NCBI GenBank assembly: GCA_029856525.1
Contig: JAHQXC010000004.1
Location: 1-32,000 of the forward strand
Reading direction: 5' to 3'
DNA: 32,000 nt
Source of the DNA: Candidatus Odinarchaeia archaeon
GTDB lineage: Archaea > Asgardarchaeota > Odinarchaeia > Odinarchaeales > Odinarchaeaceae
Shown here: positions 8,227-18,300 of the stretch, in pieces
Layout of the letters: each line of letters opens with the position of its first letter
How positions within the stretch are numbered: position 1 is the first letter of the stretch
Translations under genes and position numbers: made by a program
The notes under the pieces: generated by a model
The model's input: the letters and a program-made list of their open reading frames with translations, nothing else
Database searches by the model: none
What the model was told of the DNA's origin: nothing

Positions 8227-9222
8227 TTATCTGCCTAAATGAAGTTCTCTAAGCTGATTGTATCCTGAAAGATAACAGTTATATGTGTATATTTCTTCAG
8301 CGGAAATCTTATCAGCTATTGATTTAATTATGTTCAATTCATCCTCGCCTGTTATATTCCAATAGAGGAGAGCTGGTTTAACATCTCTGTGTTTAAATGA
8401 TTCACTCTTAGATATCGATGACGTCAATCTATTATACTCTGTAGTGTTAACTTCAGGAAGTATAGGAGTCCACGGGTGAATGTTAAACACTATCTTAGTA
8501 GCGCGGCTTATTGACTCAACATTTTGCCCGTACTCTAATTCTAAGTTCTCTGTATAGTTTACAGCTGGTTCAAGATAAATTTCAGAGTAAACTTCAAGCT
8601 TCTCGTTAACTTTTCTTAAACGCTCTACAAGTGTTGTTATCATACTTGATAGTTTATCCGCCCTCCACATTAACCATTTAGACTGCAAGTCACGGTCTGC
8701 TTGTATTCTATTAAAGTCGAATGAGGCGGGTATACCCGCTATCTGACTGAACTCTGCTTTACAATTATCACAGAAACAGTAATTTCTATTTGTAAAAGTG
8801 TTTCCTGCAAGTATAACACCTTTAACAGGGTATTGGGCAACTTCTTCTAAGATTTTGGCAAGATAGTTGACAGTCATCTCAGAAGGGCATATATGGGTTG
8901 CACTAATCTGACCGCCAGATTTAACACTAGAGTATTTTGGATCCTCAGCCATATAATTATCTAAAAGCGTGTTGACAACAGCATAGACGTCGAAAATATC
9001 AGATGAAATTTTAATAAATTCATTTAGAAAGTTTCCGTGAACAGGATCCTTTGGGGCTGTTGAACTATCATAGAATACGCGGCCTGATGGAGGTTTAACA
9101 ACTAACCCTATTTTTGAGAGATTCCCCCCGTATTCAGCTATAAACTGAGATGGCTTCATATTAATAGCAGTCGGATCTAGTATCAGATTCAGATTATTAA
9201 CTAAAAGCTCTCTTAAATCCAT
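8227..9222 (-). CDS. Glycoside-hydrolase-like TIM-barrel protein (GHL10/DUF4015-like), probably catalytically divergent
   Basis: ICP...YL..ILEEV..YPV.GV.L, YCFCDNCKAEF, W.MWRADKL, GQN motifs follow the order seen in GHL10-type barrels. Confidence 0.55.
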   Translation of the reverse strand: MDLRELLVNNLNLILDPTAINMKPSQFIAEYGGNLSKIGLVVKPPSGRVFYDSSTAPKDPVHGNFLNEFIKISSDIFDVYAVVNTLLDNYMAEDPKYSSVKSGGQISATHICPSEMTVNYLAKILEEVAQYPVKGVILAGNTFTNRNYCFCDNCKAEFSQIAGIPASFDFNRIQADRDLQSKWLMWRADKLSSMITTLVERLRKVNEKLEVYSEIYLEPAVNYTENLELEYGQNVESISRATKIVFNIHPWTPILPEVNTTEYNRLTSSISKSESFKHRDVKPALLYWNITGEDELNIIKSIADKISAEEIYTYNCYLSGYNQLRELHLGR

Positions 9223-9513
9223 GATACCACCCTAAAAAACATATTTTTCTAGTATTGAATATTTCAACAGATATTTATAAACTACTCTAAGATCTTAACT
9301 TCACCGGTATGGACTTTCAATTTAATATGAAGATTTGAAAACTAAAACACCTTATATTCCACGGCTCACTAGACGTGTCCTAGCTGACGGTACACTCGCA
9401 GACACTGAAGCCTCAGCTTGAGCGTGGGAATTGAGCTTGATCGGGTAAGTGTCTGCGAAAACTGTAGTATTTTAACTCTCTAAAAACGAAACTTTAAATT
9501 TTAAATAAAAATT

Positions 9514-9657
9514 TTATCGGCACATTATTTTTTTCACTATTGGCGGTCTAACCTTATATAATACACGGTAACCGCAATATGGACATTTAACACCGGACAC
9601 CGTTTTAAGACTCTCTATTGTAATCTCTTTCTTGCAATTCCCGCAGATATAACTCAT
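9514..9657 (-). CDS. rpo12: DNA-directed RNA polymerase subunit Rpo12 (RpoP) (not in ORF track)
   Basis: Manual translation: MSYICGNCKKEITIESLKTVSGVKCPYCGYRVLYKVRPPIVKKIMCR*. Y-x-C-x-x-C...CPYCGYRVLYKVRP is the RpoP signature. Confidence 0.95.
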   Translation of the reverse strand: MSYICGNCKKEITIESLKTVSGVKCPYCGYRVLYKVRPPIVKKIMCR

Positions 9658-9757
9658 CTTAAACCACTTCCCTGATCAATGAGGATTCCTTTAATATAAA
9701 AATTACGTTTATATTTAAAGTTAACTTGAATTATAGAATAAGCCGTCTAGATCATCC

Positions 9758-9892
9758 TTAGTTTTATAAATTTCGCTGCTAGAAGAGCAATGGTTTTAAG
9801 TGGTTGATGCGAACCAGCCTAAAATCTCACAGTGTACTTGTTAACAGCCCGCTGTGCGGGGGAAGCCACCGTCTTTATACTGTAGGAGTCTA
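9758..9892 (+). mobile_element. Non-autonomous IS200/IS605-like element or omega-RNA-like locus, copy 2 (right end more decayed)
   Basis: Direct-orientation copy of 6815-6951. 3' part is GGAAGCCACCGTCTTTATACTGTAGGAGTC. Confidence 0.65.
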
Positions 9893-10025
9893 ATTTAAGA
9901 ATAATAAAGTATAAATATTAAGTAACATCTTTTTATTAGTCAGAGGCTCAGTTGTTAAGCAAAGTTTTATATTTATAATATTTCTAAATTCATTTAAAAA
10001 AATTGAAATTATGAGGAAAATTTGA

Positions 10026-10337
10026 ATGGGTTTAGAGATCTGTGCTAAGTGCGGTTTGCCTAAGGATTTATGTGTTTGCGAGCAGATTGTTAAAGAGGAG
10101 CAGCGTATAAAGATACGCACGGAGAAAAGGAAGTGGGGTCGTGAAGTCACGGTTATAAGCGGCTTAGATAAGAAAGAGGTTAATATCGATGAGTTAGCTA
10201 GTAAGCTGAAGGCTAGTTGTGCTTGCGGTGGAACATATAAAAACGATCAGATAGAGTTGCAGGGTGCTCATAAAGAGAAAGTCAAGGAGTTGCTGATCTC
10301 CTGGGGTTTCTCCGAGGATAAAATAGACGTTAGATAA
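10026..10337 (+). CDS. Translation initiation factor aIF1 (SUI1 family)
   Basis: CxxCGLPKDLCVC N-terminus, EKRKWGREVTVISG, LKASCACGGT, IELQGAH. Confidence 0.95.
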   Translation: MGLEICAKCGLPKDLCVCEQIVKEEQRIKIRTEKRKWGREVTVISGLDKKEVNIDELASKLKASCACGGTYKNDQIELQGAHKEKVKELLISWGFSEDKIDVR

Positions 10338-10359
10338 AATTTTATAATGGACGATTGAA

Positions 10360-10602
10360 ATGAACTTTTTTAAAAGGCGTAGTCGACCTAAAGAAGGCTA
10401 TGTTTTAATAAGATTATGCCCTGTATGCGGTTCAAGTAAGCTTAGAGAATTCAACTTTCTATCTGGCTGGTATACTCAGCTTCAATATATTTGCGAGTCT
10501 TGCGGTTATTCAGGCCCATTATATTTAGAGGTTGAAGTTGAAAAAAACCAGGTGAACGACCAGAATACTAGTGGAGTTGTTAACCGTGAAGATACTTTAT
10601 GA
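10360..10602 (+). CDS. Small zinc-ribbon protein
   Basis: CPVCGS...SGW...YICESCGYSGP. The 3' end overlaps the convergent epimerase gene by 23 nt. Confidence 0.75.
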   Translation: MNFFKRRSRPKEGYVLIRLCPVCGSSKLREFNFLSGWYTQLQYICESCGYSGPLYLEVEVEKNQVNDQNTSGVVNREDTL

Positions 10603-11524
10603 ATCTTCTAATACCTTCAGCTATGGTTATTTTAGGCTGCCAGCCGAGTCTCTTTATTTTTCCAATATCTAGTAGCATTTTAGGAATATCGCCGGCCCAG
10701 CCTCCTCTCCCACCTGTGAACACGTATCTAACATTTTTTAACCCTAACATATCTACGATGATATCTGCGATTTCTCTGACGGTTATCCATTCTTCAGAAC
10801 CGATGTTAAAGAAATCGAAGCCTTTAATATTCTGTTCTTTCAGATAAAAGACAGCGTCGATGCAATCATCTATATATAAGTAAGATTTTTTTTGCTGCCC
10901 GTCTCCTAATATTTTTAATTCATCTGGTTTATTAATTAATTTATGATAGAAGTCGTATATCACTCCGTGAGTTGATCTAGGTCCGAAGATATTCGCAAAC
11001 CTGCAGGAGATTATGTTTAAACCATATGTCTGCGCGTAAGCTGAACAATACATTTCACAGCTCGCTTTTGAAGCACCGTAGCAGCTTACAGGTTTAAGAG
11101 GAGCTGTTTCAGGGGTTGGAAGAATGTCAGCTTCACCGTATAATGTTCCACCTGAACTGGCGAATATGATTTTATTCACATCCGTTTTTCTAGAAGCTTC
11201 GAGAATATTTAATGTTCCTAAAGTGTTTATCATAAAATTTTTAACAGGGTCAGCGGCGCTAGCGTCTACACGCGGATCAGCTGCGAAATGGAAGATTTCT
11301 CTAACATCTCTGCAAGCTTCTAAAACAGTTTCAGCGTCTCTTATATCCCCTTTTATGAATTTCACTTTTTTATTTTCGACGAGTTGTTTATAATAATCTC
11401 CTGCAGGGGATGAGAGATTATCTAGGATAACCACCTCCTCCCCCCTATTAATTAAGCGATCCACTATGTGACTGCCTATAAACCCTGCTCCCCCTGTTAC
11501 TAACACATAACTCATATAGTTCAC
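10580..11524 (-). CDS. NAD-dependent epimerase/dehydratase (UDP-glucose 4-epimerase-like extended SDR)
   Basis: TGGAGFIGSH, HFAA, ASSGGTLYG, YGASK (YxxxK), RFANIFGP. True start may be the ATG at 11515. Confidence 0.92.
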   Translation of the reverse strand: MNYMSYVLVTGGAGFIGSHIVDRLINRGEEVVILDNLSSPAGDYYKQLVENKKVKFIKGDIRDAETVLEACRDVREIFHFAADPRVDASAADPVKNFMINTLGTLNILEASRKTDVNKIIFASSGGTLYGEADILPTPETAPLKPVSCYGASKASCEMYCSAYAQTYGLNIISCRFANIFGPRSTHGVIYDFYHKLINKPDELKILGDGQQKKSYLYIDDCIDAVFYLKEQNIKGFDFFNIGSEEWITVREIADIIVDMLGLKNVRYVFTGGRGGWAGDIPKMLLDIGKIKRLGWQPKITIAEGIRRFIKYLHG

Positions 11525-12456
11525 CTTGTAGTGACTTCACAACCGTCATTTGTCACTATTAAAGTATGCTCCGCCTGAGATACGTAGCTTCCCTTCACGT
11601 CTGCTAAAACATGATATTGGTGGAGGACTCCACTGTTAACGAGTTCTCTGAAAGCTAGTTTAACTGAACCTAAACTCATATCTTTTAAAAGCCATCTTTG
11701 AGAGAATGGGAGTGTTTTAAACTCTTCCACTATCTTTTTTAAAACATTTCTAGCTAGCTGAGAGCGGAGGGGGGCTCTCACAGGGATAAAACTGTAAATA
11801 TAAACATAAGGGGTTTCATGAGCGTATCCTTGACCTGTCGTCGCGAAGGTTTCGACAGCGTAAACCTCTCCTTCGAGTACCTCTTTACCGAATGGCACTT
11901 TTATGTTAGGTATATTTTTAGCGCCGTGCAAGTTGTATTGGTCGAGTATATGACCTGAGAGATCTCTCACCGGTCTGTAACCGTATTTCTTAATAGTCTC
12001 CTCTATTATTCTCCCAACTTCATTTGTTTTAACTTTCGGTTTAATAGCCTCAATAGCCTTGTTTAAAGCCTCCTCTGACGCTTCAACTAATTTATTATAC
12101 TCTTCATTGAACGCTACAGTGAAGGCTCCATCCGCTATGTACCCGTCTACGTGAACTCCGAAATCTATTTTCACAACATCCTTATCCCCTATTACGGTTT
12201 CATCACCTGGAGGGGAGGAGTAATGAGCTGCAAGATTATTTATTGAAATATTAGTTGGAAAAGCGCATTTCCCTCCTAATTCAACTATTTTCCCTTCGAT
12301 CATCTCACATAAGTCGATTAGTTTAACACCTACTTTCACATGCGGTTTTATATACTCAGCCACCTGTCGGTGGATGCTACCAGCCTTCCTATATTTCTCT
12401 AATTCTTCTCCCTTACTTAATTTTTCACGCTGCTCGTTTTCGCTCACGTATTTCAC
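11521..12456 (-). CDS. map: Methionine aminopeptidase type II
   Basis: AFPTNISINNLAAHY, KIDFGVHVDGYIADGA, LSGH, YAVETFAT, QAEHT. Confidence 0.96.
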   Translation of the reverse strand: MKYVSENEQREKLSKGEELEKYRKAGSIHRQVAEYIKPHVKVGVKLIDLCEMIEGKIVELGGKCAFPTNISINNLAAHYSSPPGDETVIGDKDVVKIDFGVHVDGYIADGAFTVAFNEEYNKLVEASEEALNKAIEAIKPKVKTNEVGRIIEETIKKYGYRPVRDLSGHILDQYNLHGAKNIPNIKVPFGKEVLEGEVYAVETFATTGQGYAHETPYVYIYSFIPVRAPLRSQLARNVLKKIVEEFKTLPFSQRWLLKDMSLGSVKLAFRELVNSGVLHQYHVLADVKGSYVSQAEHTLIVTNDGCEVTTR

Positions 12457-12572
12457 CTTTAAACGAGTTATAACTAAATAATTATTTATAGAAACCTAAA
12501 CTATAGCGCTTATAAATAATTTCATAGTAAATATTAAACATAACTGTTTAATATTATAAGTGTGGTGGGAGA

Positions 12573-12944
12573 TTGGCTGTTAACCGTGTCCCTCAAATAG
12601 AAGAGGTTCTAAGAGAATTAGAGCTTACAACTAGTCAAGTGGAAGCCAGCGCGGTTGTGAGCGTTGAAGGTCTTCCAATATGCTCGGCTATGCCGTTAGG
12701 GGTTGATGACGGTATTTTAGCAGCTATGACTGCGACTATTTTAAGCGTGGCTGAAAGAGCTGCAGGTGAACTGGCGCGGGGTAAATTGAACCGTGTTCTA
12801 GTTGAAGGAGGAGACGGATATTTTATAATCTCCTCCGCTGGTAGAGATGCGATTCTAGCTGTTCTAACAAAAAGTAAAGCGAATCTGGGAATGGTTTTCT
12901 TAGCTATGGATAGAGCGTGTGAAAAAATAAGTAAACTGATATAA
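12573..12944 (+). CDS. Roadblock/LC7 domain protein
   Basis: VEASAVVSVEGLPICS...LAAMTATILSVAERAAGEL.RG.L.RVLVEG..GY...LGMV is the roadblock consensus. TTG start. Confidence 0.93.
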   Translation: MAVNRVPQIEEVLRELELTTSQVEASAVVSVEGLPICSAMPLGVDDGILAAMTATILSVAERAAGELARGKLNRVLVEGGDGYFIISSAGRDAILAVLTKSKANLGMVFLAMDRACEKISKLI

Positions 12945-13106
12945 GCAGGCTCAGATCGCCCGTCGATGATCATCCATTTTTAATGTCAACTTTCAAGCTT
13001 TCTTCATTGCCTATAACTCTTTTACAGTTATTAATATTTAACATTTAACTTTTAACTTTAAATACTCGTATTTTAATAATCTGATTAAATTATTTCGGTG
13101 GGTTAA

Positions 13107-13709
13107 TTGCTAATAGACTTTGAAGGCATTGACGGTTCTGGGACTGAAACATGGTCTAAGTTTACTTTAAAATATATTCTCGAAAAAGGCGGTAAAGCTG
13201 TTATTTACCGTTTCCCTGATTATAACAGTCCGTGGGGTAGAATAATCAGATCCTTTCTAGACGGGGAGATAGAGCTTAACGTTGACATTCAATTTTTAAC
13301 TTATTCAACGGATATACTTAAAGACGCTGATAATATTAGACGGGATTTACAGGATAAAATAGTTTTAACAGACCGTTACATTCTTTCAACAATGGCTTAT
13401 CAATGTAGTAAAGGTTTCCCTGTTGAGAAAGCGTTATCCTTCTACAAGATTTTCAATTTCCCACTACCAGATTATGTTATTCTACTTTTAACTTCGAGTG
13501 AAATCAGTAAAAGCCGTAAGCTCTCAGAGAATAAGATTCTAGACCGTCATGAAAAAGACAGTGATCTTTTAAAAAAAGTTTCAGATAATTATATAAGATT
13601 TTCAAGAGAAAAATATATATGTGAGAGATGGTTTCTCGTTGACACAAGCAGGGAGTTAGAAGCTACTAAAAAAGATATGGAGAATATTCTAAATCTTATT
13701 TTAAAATAA
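13107..13709 (+). CDS. tmk: Thymidylate kinase-like protein with atypical P-loop
   Basis: IDFEGIDGSG, FP.Y, TDRY..STMAYQ, PDYVILL. The Walker A Lys is replaced by Thr. Confidence 0.8.
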   Translation: MLIDFEGIDGSGTETWSKFTLKYILEKGGKAVIYRFPDYNSPWGRIIRSFLDGEIELNVDIQFLTYSTDILKDADNIRRDLQDKIVLTDRYILSTMAYQCSKGFPVEKALSFYKIFNFPLPDYVILLLTSSEISKSRKLSENKILDRHEKDSDLLKKVSDNYIRFSREKYICERWFLVDTSRELEATKKDMENILNLILK

Positions 13710-13727
13710 AGCGTTGAAGTGGTTTAA

Positions 13728-14495
13728 ATGGGAGATTATTTTATTCAAAATTATAATAGTTTCGAAGGGTTTGGAAACCGTAAAATATGTATTCAGGGAA
13801 TGCCGGGTATCGCTTTAGCTGGAAAATATACTGTAGACTATATTATTAAAACTTTAAGCGCTAGGAAAATATTCGATTTATATTTCTATGATTTCCCGCC
13901 TCAAGTTTTAATAGACTTAGGTTTAATGAATCTTCCTTCCGTTTACCTTTTCCATTATTATAATGAGCTTAGCGGTGATGATCTTCTACTCCTCTCATCA
14001 GATTTCCAGCCTTTAACACATTACGGTGTAAACGCTCTCAGTTTAATTTTAGCTGAGCAACTTAGAAAGCTGGGTGTGAAACTTATTATCTCACTAGGAG
14101 CTTCAGCTGTTAACATAATTGTTAAAGATCCTAAGATATATGCTTCAGCCACTTCTCCGAGTATTTTAAACACTAGTTTTAATACCCCAGATTTTGAGCG
14201 ATTCGCAGACGGGGTTATAACAGGGATGAACGGTGTTCTACCAGCTATCATAGGACGGGAGGGAGATATACAAGGTGTCATTTTACTTGCTGAAGCGTGC
14301 CGTTATCTGACATGTGATTTCAGAGCGGCTAAAAAACTATTAGAAGTGTTGGAGAAAACTCTTAATTTGAAAATAGACTACACGGAGATTAACAATAAAA
14401 TTAGAGAATTAGATGAAAGCATCGAAAGACTAAAACTTGAAGAGCAGTCTCGCAGACAGCCAGTGAGAGATGAGAAAACTAATTATATAGGTTGA
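13728..14495 (+). CDS. PAC2-family proteasome assembly chaperone-like protein
   Basis: IQGMPGIALAGKYTVDYII, DFQP, ISLGA, GMNGVLP, D..AAK.LL, C-terminal YIG. Confidence 0.85.
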   Translation: MGDYFIQNYNSFEGFGNRKICIQGMPGIALAGKYTVDYIIKTLSARKIFDLYFYDFPPQVLIDLGLMNLPSVYLFHYYNELSGDDLLLLSSDFQPLTHYGVNALSLILAEQLRKLGVKLIISLGASAVNIIVKDPKIYASATSPSILNTSFNTPDFERFADGVITGMNGVLPAIIGREGDIQGVILLAEACRYLTCDFRAAKKLLEVLEKTLNLKIDYTEINNKIRELDESIERLKLEEQSRRQPVRDEKTNYIG

Positions 14496-15254
14496 TCAAG
14501 TAGCTGATTTAACAGCTTTAATTATCTCTTTAAGAGACGCGCCGCCGTCTTTTAAAACAGTTTTTTCAATAAAAGTGCCTTGAACGATTACAGAGGCGCC
14601 TGCTTCAACAGCCTTCTTAGCGTCAGCCGCCGTGTTTATCCCTCCGCCTACTATCACCGGGATTTGAACTGAACGTGAAACAGCTTTTATAAACTCTGTT
14701 GGAATGCACATGTCAGCGCCTGAACCAGCTTCTAAGTATATAAGCTTGTATCCTATTAATTCAGCCGCCATCGCGTATGCAACCGCTATTTTAGGCTTCG
14801 AACGTGGGATTAAGTGAGCGTAACCCATGTAGCCGGCTGTAGCCCCAGGCTCTACAATAATATAAGCCATTGAGATAGGCTCAACCCCCATTTTTTTAAT
14901 GAGAGGAGCGGCTATCGCCTGAGCTCCTATAATCATATAAGGGTTTGTCGAGTTCAATAAACTCATGAAAAATATGGCGTCAGCATACTTGCTTATCCCT
15001 GCTAAGCTACCTGGAAATAAGATAACCGGTATCTTAACATTCTCTTTTATTTTTTTAACAGCTAAATCTATATCTAGAGCTGTTGATCCGCCTACCATTA
15101 TAGCATCGGTTCCAGCCTCATAGGCTAACCGGGCGATTCTACCCGCTTCCTCATAATCCTGTGTTAAAGGATCGGGATCGATTAAACTGAAATGTAACGC
15201 TTTCTCTCTTATAATTTTATCAGTGATATAACTCCACACACTTTTCCAAGTCAA
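14496..15254 (-). CDS. Geranylgeranylglyceryl phosphate (GGGP) synthase
   Basis: HFSLIDPD, DAIMVGGST, PVILFPG, ADAIFFMSLLNS.NP, YLEAGSGA, VGGGI. Confidence 0.94.
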   Translation of the reverse strand: MTWKSVWSYITDKIIREKALHFSLIDPDPLTQDYEEAGRIARLAYEAGTDAIMVGGSTALDIDLAVKKIKENVKIPVILFPGSLAGISKYADAIFFMSLLNSTNPYMIIGAQAIAAPLIKKMGVEPISMAYIIVEPGATAGYMGYAHLIPRSKPKIAVAYAMAAELIGYKLIYLEAGSGADMCIPTEFIKAVSRSVQIPVIVGGGINTAADAKKAVEAGASVIVQGTFIEKTVLKDGGASLKEIIKAVKSAT

Positions 15255-15398
15255 TTCAATTACACCATCCTTTTAAAACATAATAGAAATCTCTGTAAAC
15301 TACTATTAAATATATTTTTTCTCTTTAGATGGTGGTCTTGACGCGGATGATATTTAAAGGGGTTTATTGTACTAAAATAATAGGAGGCTGGAGGGGAG

Positions 15399-18300
15399 TT
15401 GTCTTCTACTAGCCGGTTAAGCGCTCTACTCTTATTAGCTTTAATAATAGGTTCAAGCGTATACTTGTATCTGAATCGATCAGGCTTCCTCGGTTTTAAT
15501 ATATCTCAAATACCGTATGATGAGATTAAGACACAGGATTCTAGAATAATTTTTTCAGGTAATAATCCGGAAACAGGCTTCGACCCATCCGCTTGGGGTG
15601 AGATGGGGGATTTTCTAGCGAATCTAAGCTACGGGTTCTATGATCAGTTAAGTTATCCAAATAATCTACCGTTCACACCCCCACTTAACCCGCTTTTAGC
15701 CCCCCTCTACCTACCTTTAATGCAGACTATTCTATTCAATGTTACTCCAGCTAATCCAGCCAGATACTGGAAGATGACCGCTTACGACGAGTATAATGGT
15801 GAAAACTGGTTGAAAACCATTTCTACTAGTCAACCTCTCACACAGGTTACAGCCGGCCCGCTGATATATCAAGTATATATTAATATTACAAGTCAGCTTC
15901 AAGGTGAAATGTTACTTCCGATTATTTCACCTGAACCGTTAATAATAGAGGATTCGTTGAACGTTACCTCTGAGTCAAATTTACTCAGCCAGAATATTAG
16001 ATCCGACCTGTATGGAAGCGCTATTTTAAGTTTAACTTTCTCCGCCCCTTCCAATTCCCTAATCTCATATCAATTAACATTTCTCCCTGTTAATTTATCT
16101 TCCATGCAAGCTAACTCCCTTCCCCCCTCCTATACCGATGACAGGATAAGACAGGTCTACCTTCAACTCCCGTCCCCTAGAGTTGCCTATCTTGAATCTA
16201 ATCCTAGATTAGCCGCTCTCGTAGAAATGTTCGGCTCCTACGCTCAATCTCACAGCGTTTACGATACAGCGATTCAGGTTTTAGGTTATCTTTCAACAAA
16301 CTATGTTTTCGACCCGTTTGCTTCATATCCTGGAGGTTTAGATAGAGTTGAATGGTTTCTAGCCAACGGCCGCGGTACAAGCTTCGATTTCTCAACCGCT
16401 TACGCGATTATACTTAGATGCTTAAATATCTCGTCTAGACTCGTCTATGGTTTTCTACCAGGCGAGCAGATAGGCGATACACGCGTTATCAGAGGCTGGA
16501 ATGTTCACTTCTGGGTGGAGGTTTTCAATCCTACGAGTACATGTGAAGATAACTGGGTTCAATTCGATCCAACTCCTTTACCAGCAGATATAACAAGTGT
16601 AGTCGGCGGTGACTCTCAGATCGGTGACGTTGAATACAATCTTATTTTAACCGTTGAAAATCAATCCTCTTGGGTAACTACACGGGGAACTGTCTTCGAA
16701 TTAGAAGTGTTTTTAACAAACACCACCGGGCCTATGGCTGATACTAATATAGAATTATATGATCTAACAGAGAACAGGCTTATAACCACCGGTTTAACCG
16801 GTTCAAACGGTGTCTTCACATACCAATATTCGTATAATAATATGGATCGAATAGGTCCACATCTAATATACGCTCTTCCCACATCTCTCCCTTTAATCAG
16901 AAACTATACAGTTGTAGTGGTTGACGGGGCTACTCAACTCTCTTTAGATGTCTCTCCAACCCCGCCTGAAAATATTACTAGAGGTAGAGAAAGTTTAACT
17001 TTAACAGGTATATTAACCGATGAATTAACCAATCAGCCTATCCCAAACCAGTATGTGAATATACTGTTTGATAATATTCAAGTCGCTACTGCTTTAACAG
17101 ACGCTTCAGGCCGCTTTACATACTCTCTCACACCGCCTTTAACAAGTATAGGCGATATCCCTGTTCGCGCATATTTTAACGGTGTATTCTACTACTATTT
17201 TAGTGGTCAAATATTACAAGCCGTCGCCCCATCCGCTGAATCTTATAGCGATGAGAAAACGGTTATAGTAGTCGCGTCAACCACGCTAACAACCATGTTA
17301 AATAGAACAGCAGTGGCACCCGGAGACTGGATTAGAATATACGGTTATCTTACGTTTGATAACCGCTCAGGGTATGCGAATCAACCTGTAAGCGTTTACT
17401 GGTCTAACTCTTCAGGTACAATTCTGTTGACTTCGACTGTCACAGACTTCACCGGCTTCTACTCATACGATTACCGTGTGCCACCTGGAGTGTACGGTGA
17501 AGCTAAAATCTTCGCTGTATTCACTTCTAGTGACCCTTACGTGTTAAGCTCTTTCACAGATCCAACCATCTATATAGGAGAGGAGAAGATAACCATGCTA
17601 AACTGTTCTCCTAGCATTCTACACAGAGGTGAATACACTGAAATAACAGGGCTGCTCACGAACAGTTCAGGGAGCTCTCTCGCTGATCGAACAGTTATCG
17701 TTAACTTTTACTATATGGATACGATGAGCTTAGCGGCTTCAATATCATCTATTACTAATGAAACCGGCTGGTTCACAGTTAACTATCGTATTCCCTCCTT
17801 CTTTCAGCCTGGAACCTATATTATTAACTGTTCAACAACCTCCCTTGCAGTGATCGCTAGCGAACGTGTTTATCTTAATGTTAGCTCATCAACTATAATC
17901 AGATTCGAAGCGCACCCAGTATTTATAGCGCCTGGTGAAAACTTCTCTATAACAGGTTTAATATTAGATGATCAGGGTAGCGGGTTAACCGTAAACCTAT
18001 CCTTCTATTTAAACAGTATTCTACAATATAATATTACCGCGTTGAACGGTGGTTTCCAGATAATAAACTATACTCTTCCATTCGGTTTCTCATCTAGTAC
18101 TGTTAATTTAACAATTCAATTTATAGGGGATTCATTCTACGATTCTTCAAATCTCACACGCCAACTTATGGTTTTCACAAGTGTAAACGTTTACGTTAAC
18201 GTTGATCCTTCTATATGCTCACCTGGTCAGAGAGCGATATTTAATATAAGTGTGATTGATAATCATGGGAGAGGTGTCTACGATAGAAGCGTTAACTTAT

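Noticed and set aside
9383-9465. Hammerhead ribozyme (CTGACGG...stem...GAAA)
   Set aside because: The core would need CUGANGA directly before stem II. The spacing and sequence do not fit.
6815-9892. The two repeats as CRISPR repeats or as ends of a composite transposon
   Set aside because: The units are too long, there are only two and there are no spacers, so not CRISPR. Both copies carry the same left and right parts, and the enclosed DNA includes the core gene rpo12 and no transposase.
14481-14495. HbYX proteasome-activation motif at the PAC2 C-terminus
   Set aside because: The protein ends N-Y-I-G, so Tyr is third from the end, not penultimate.
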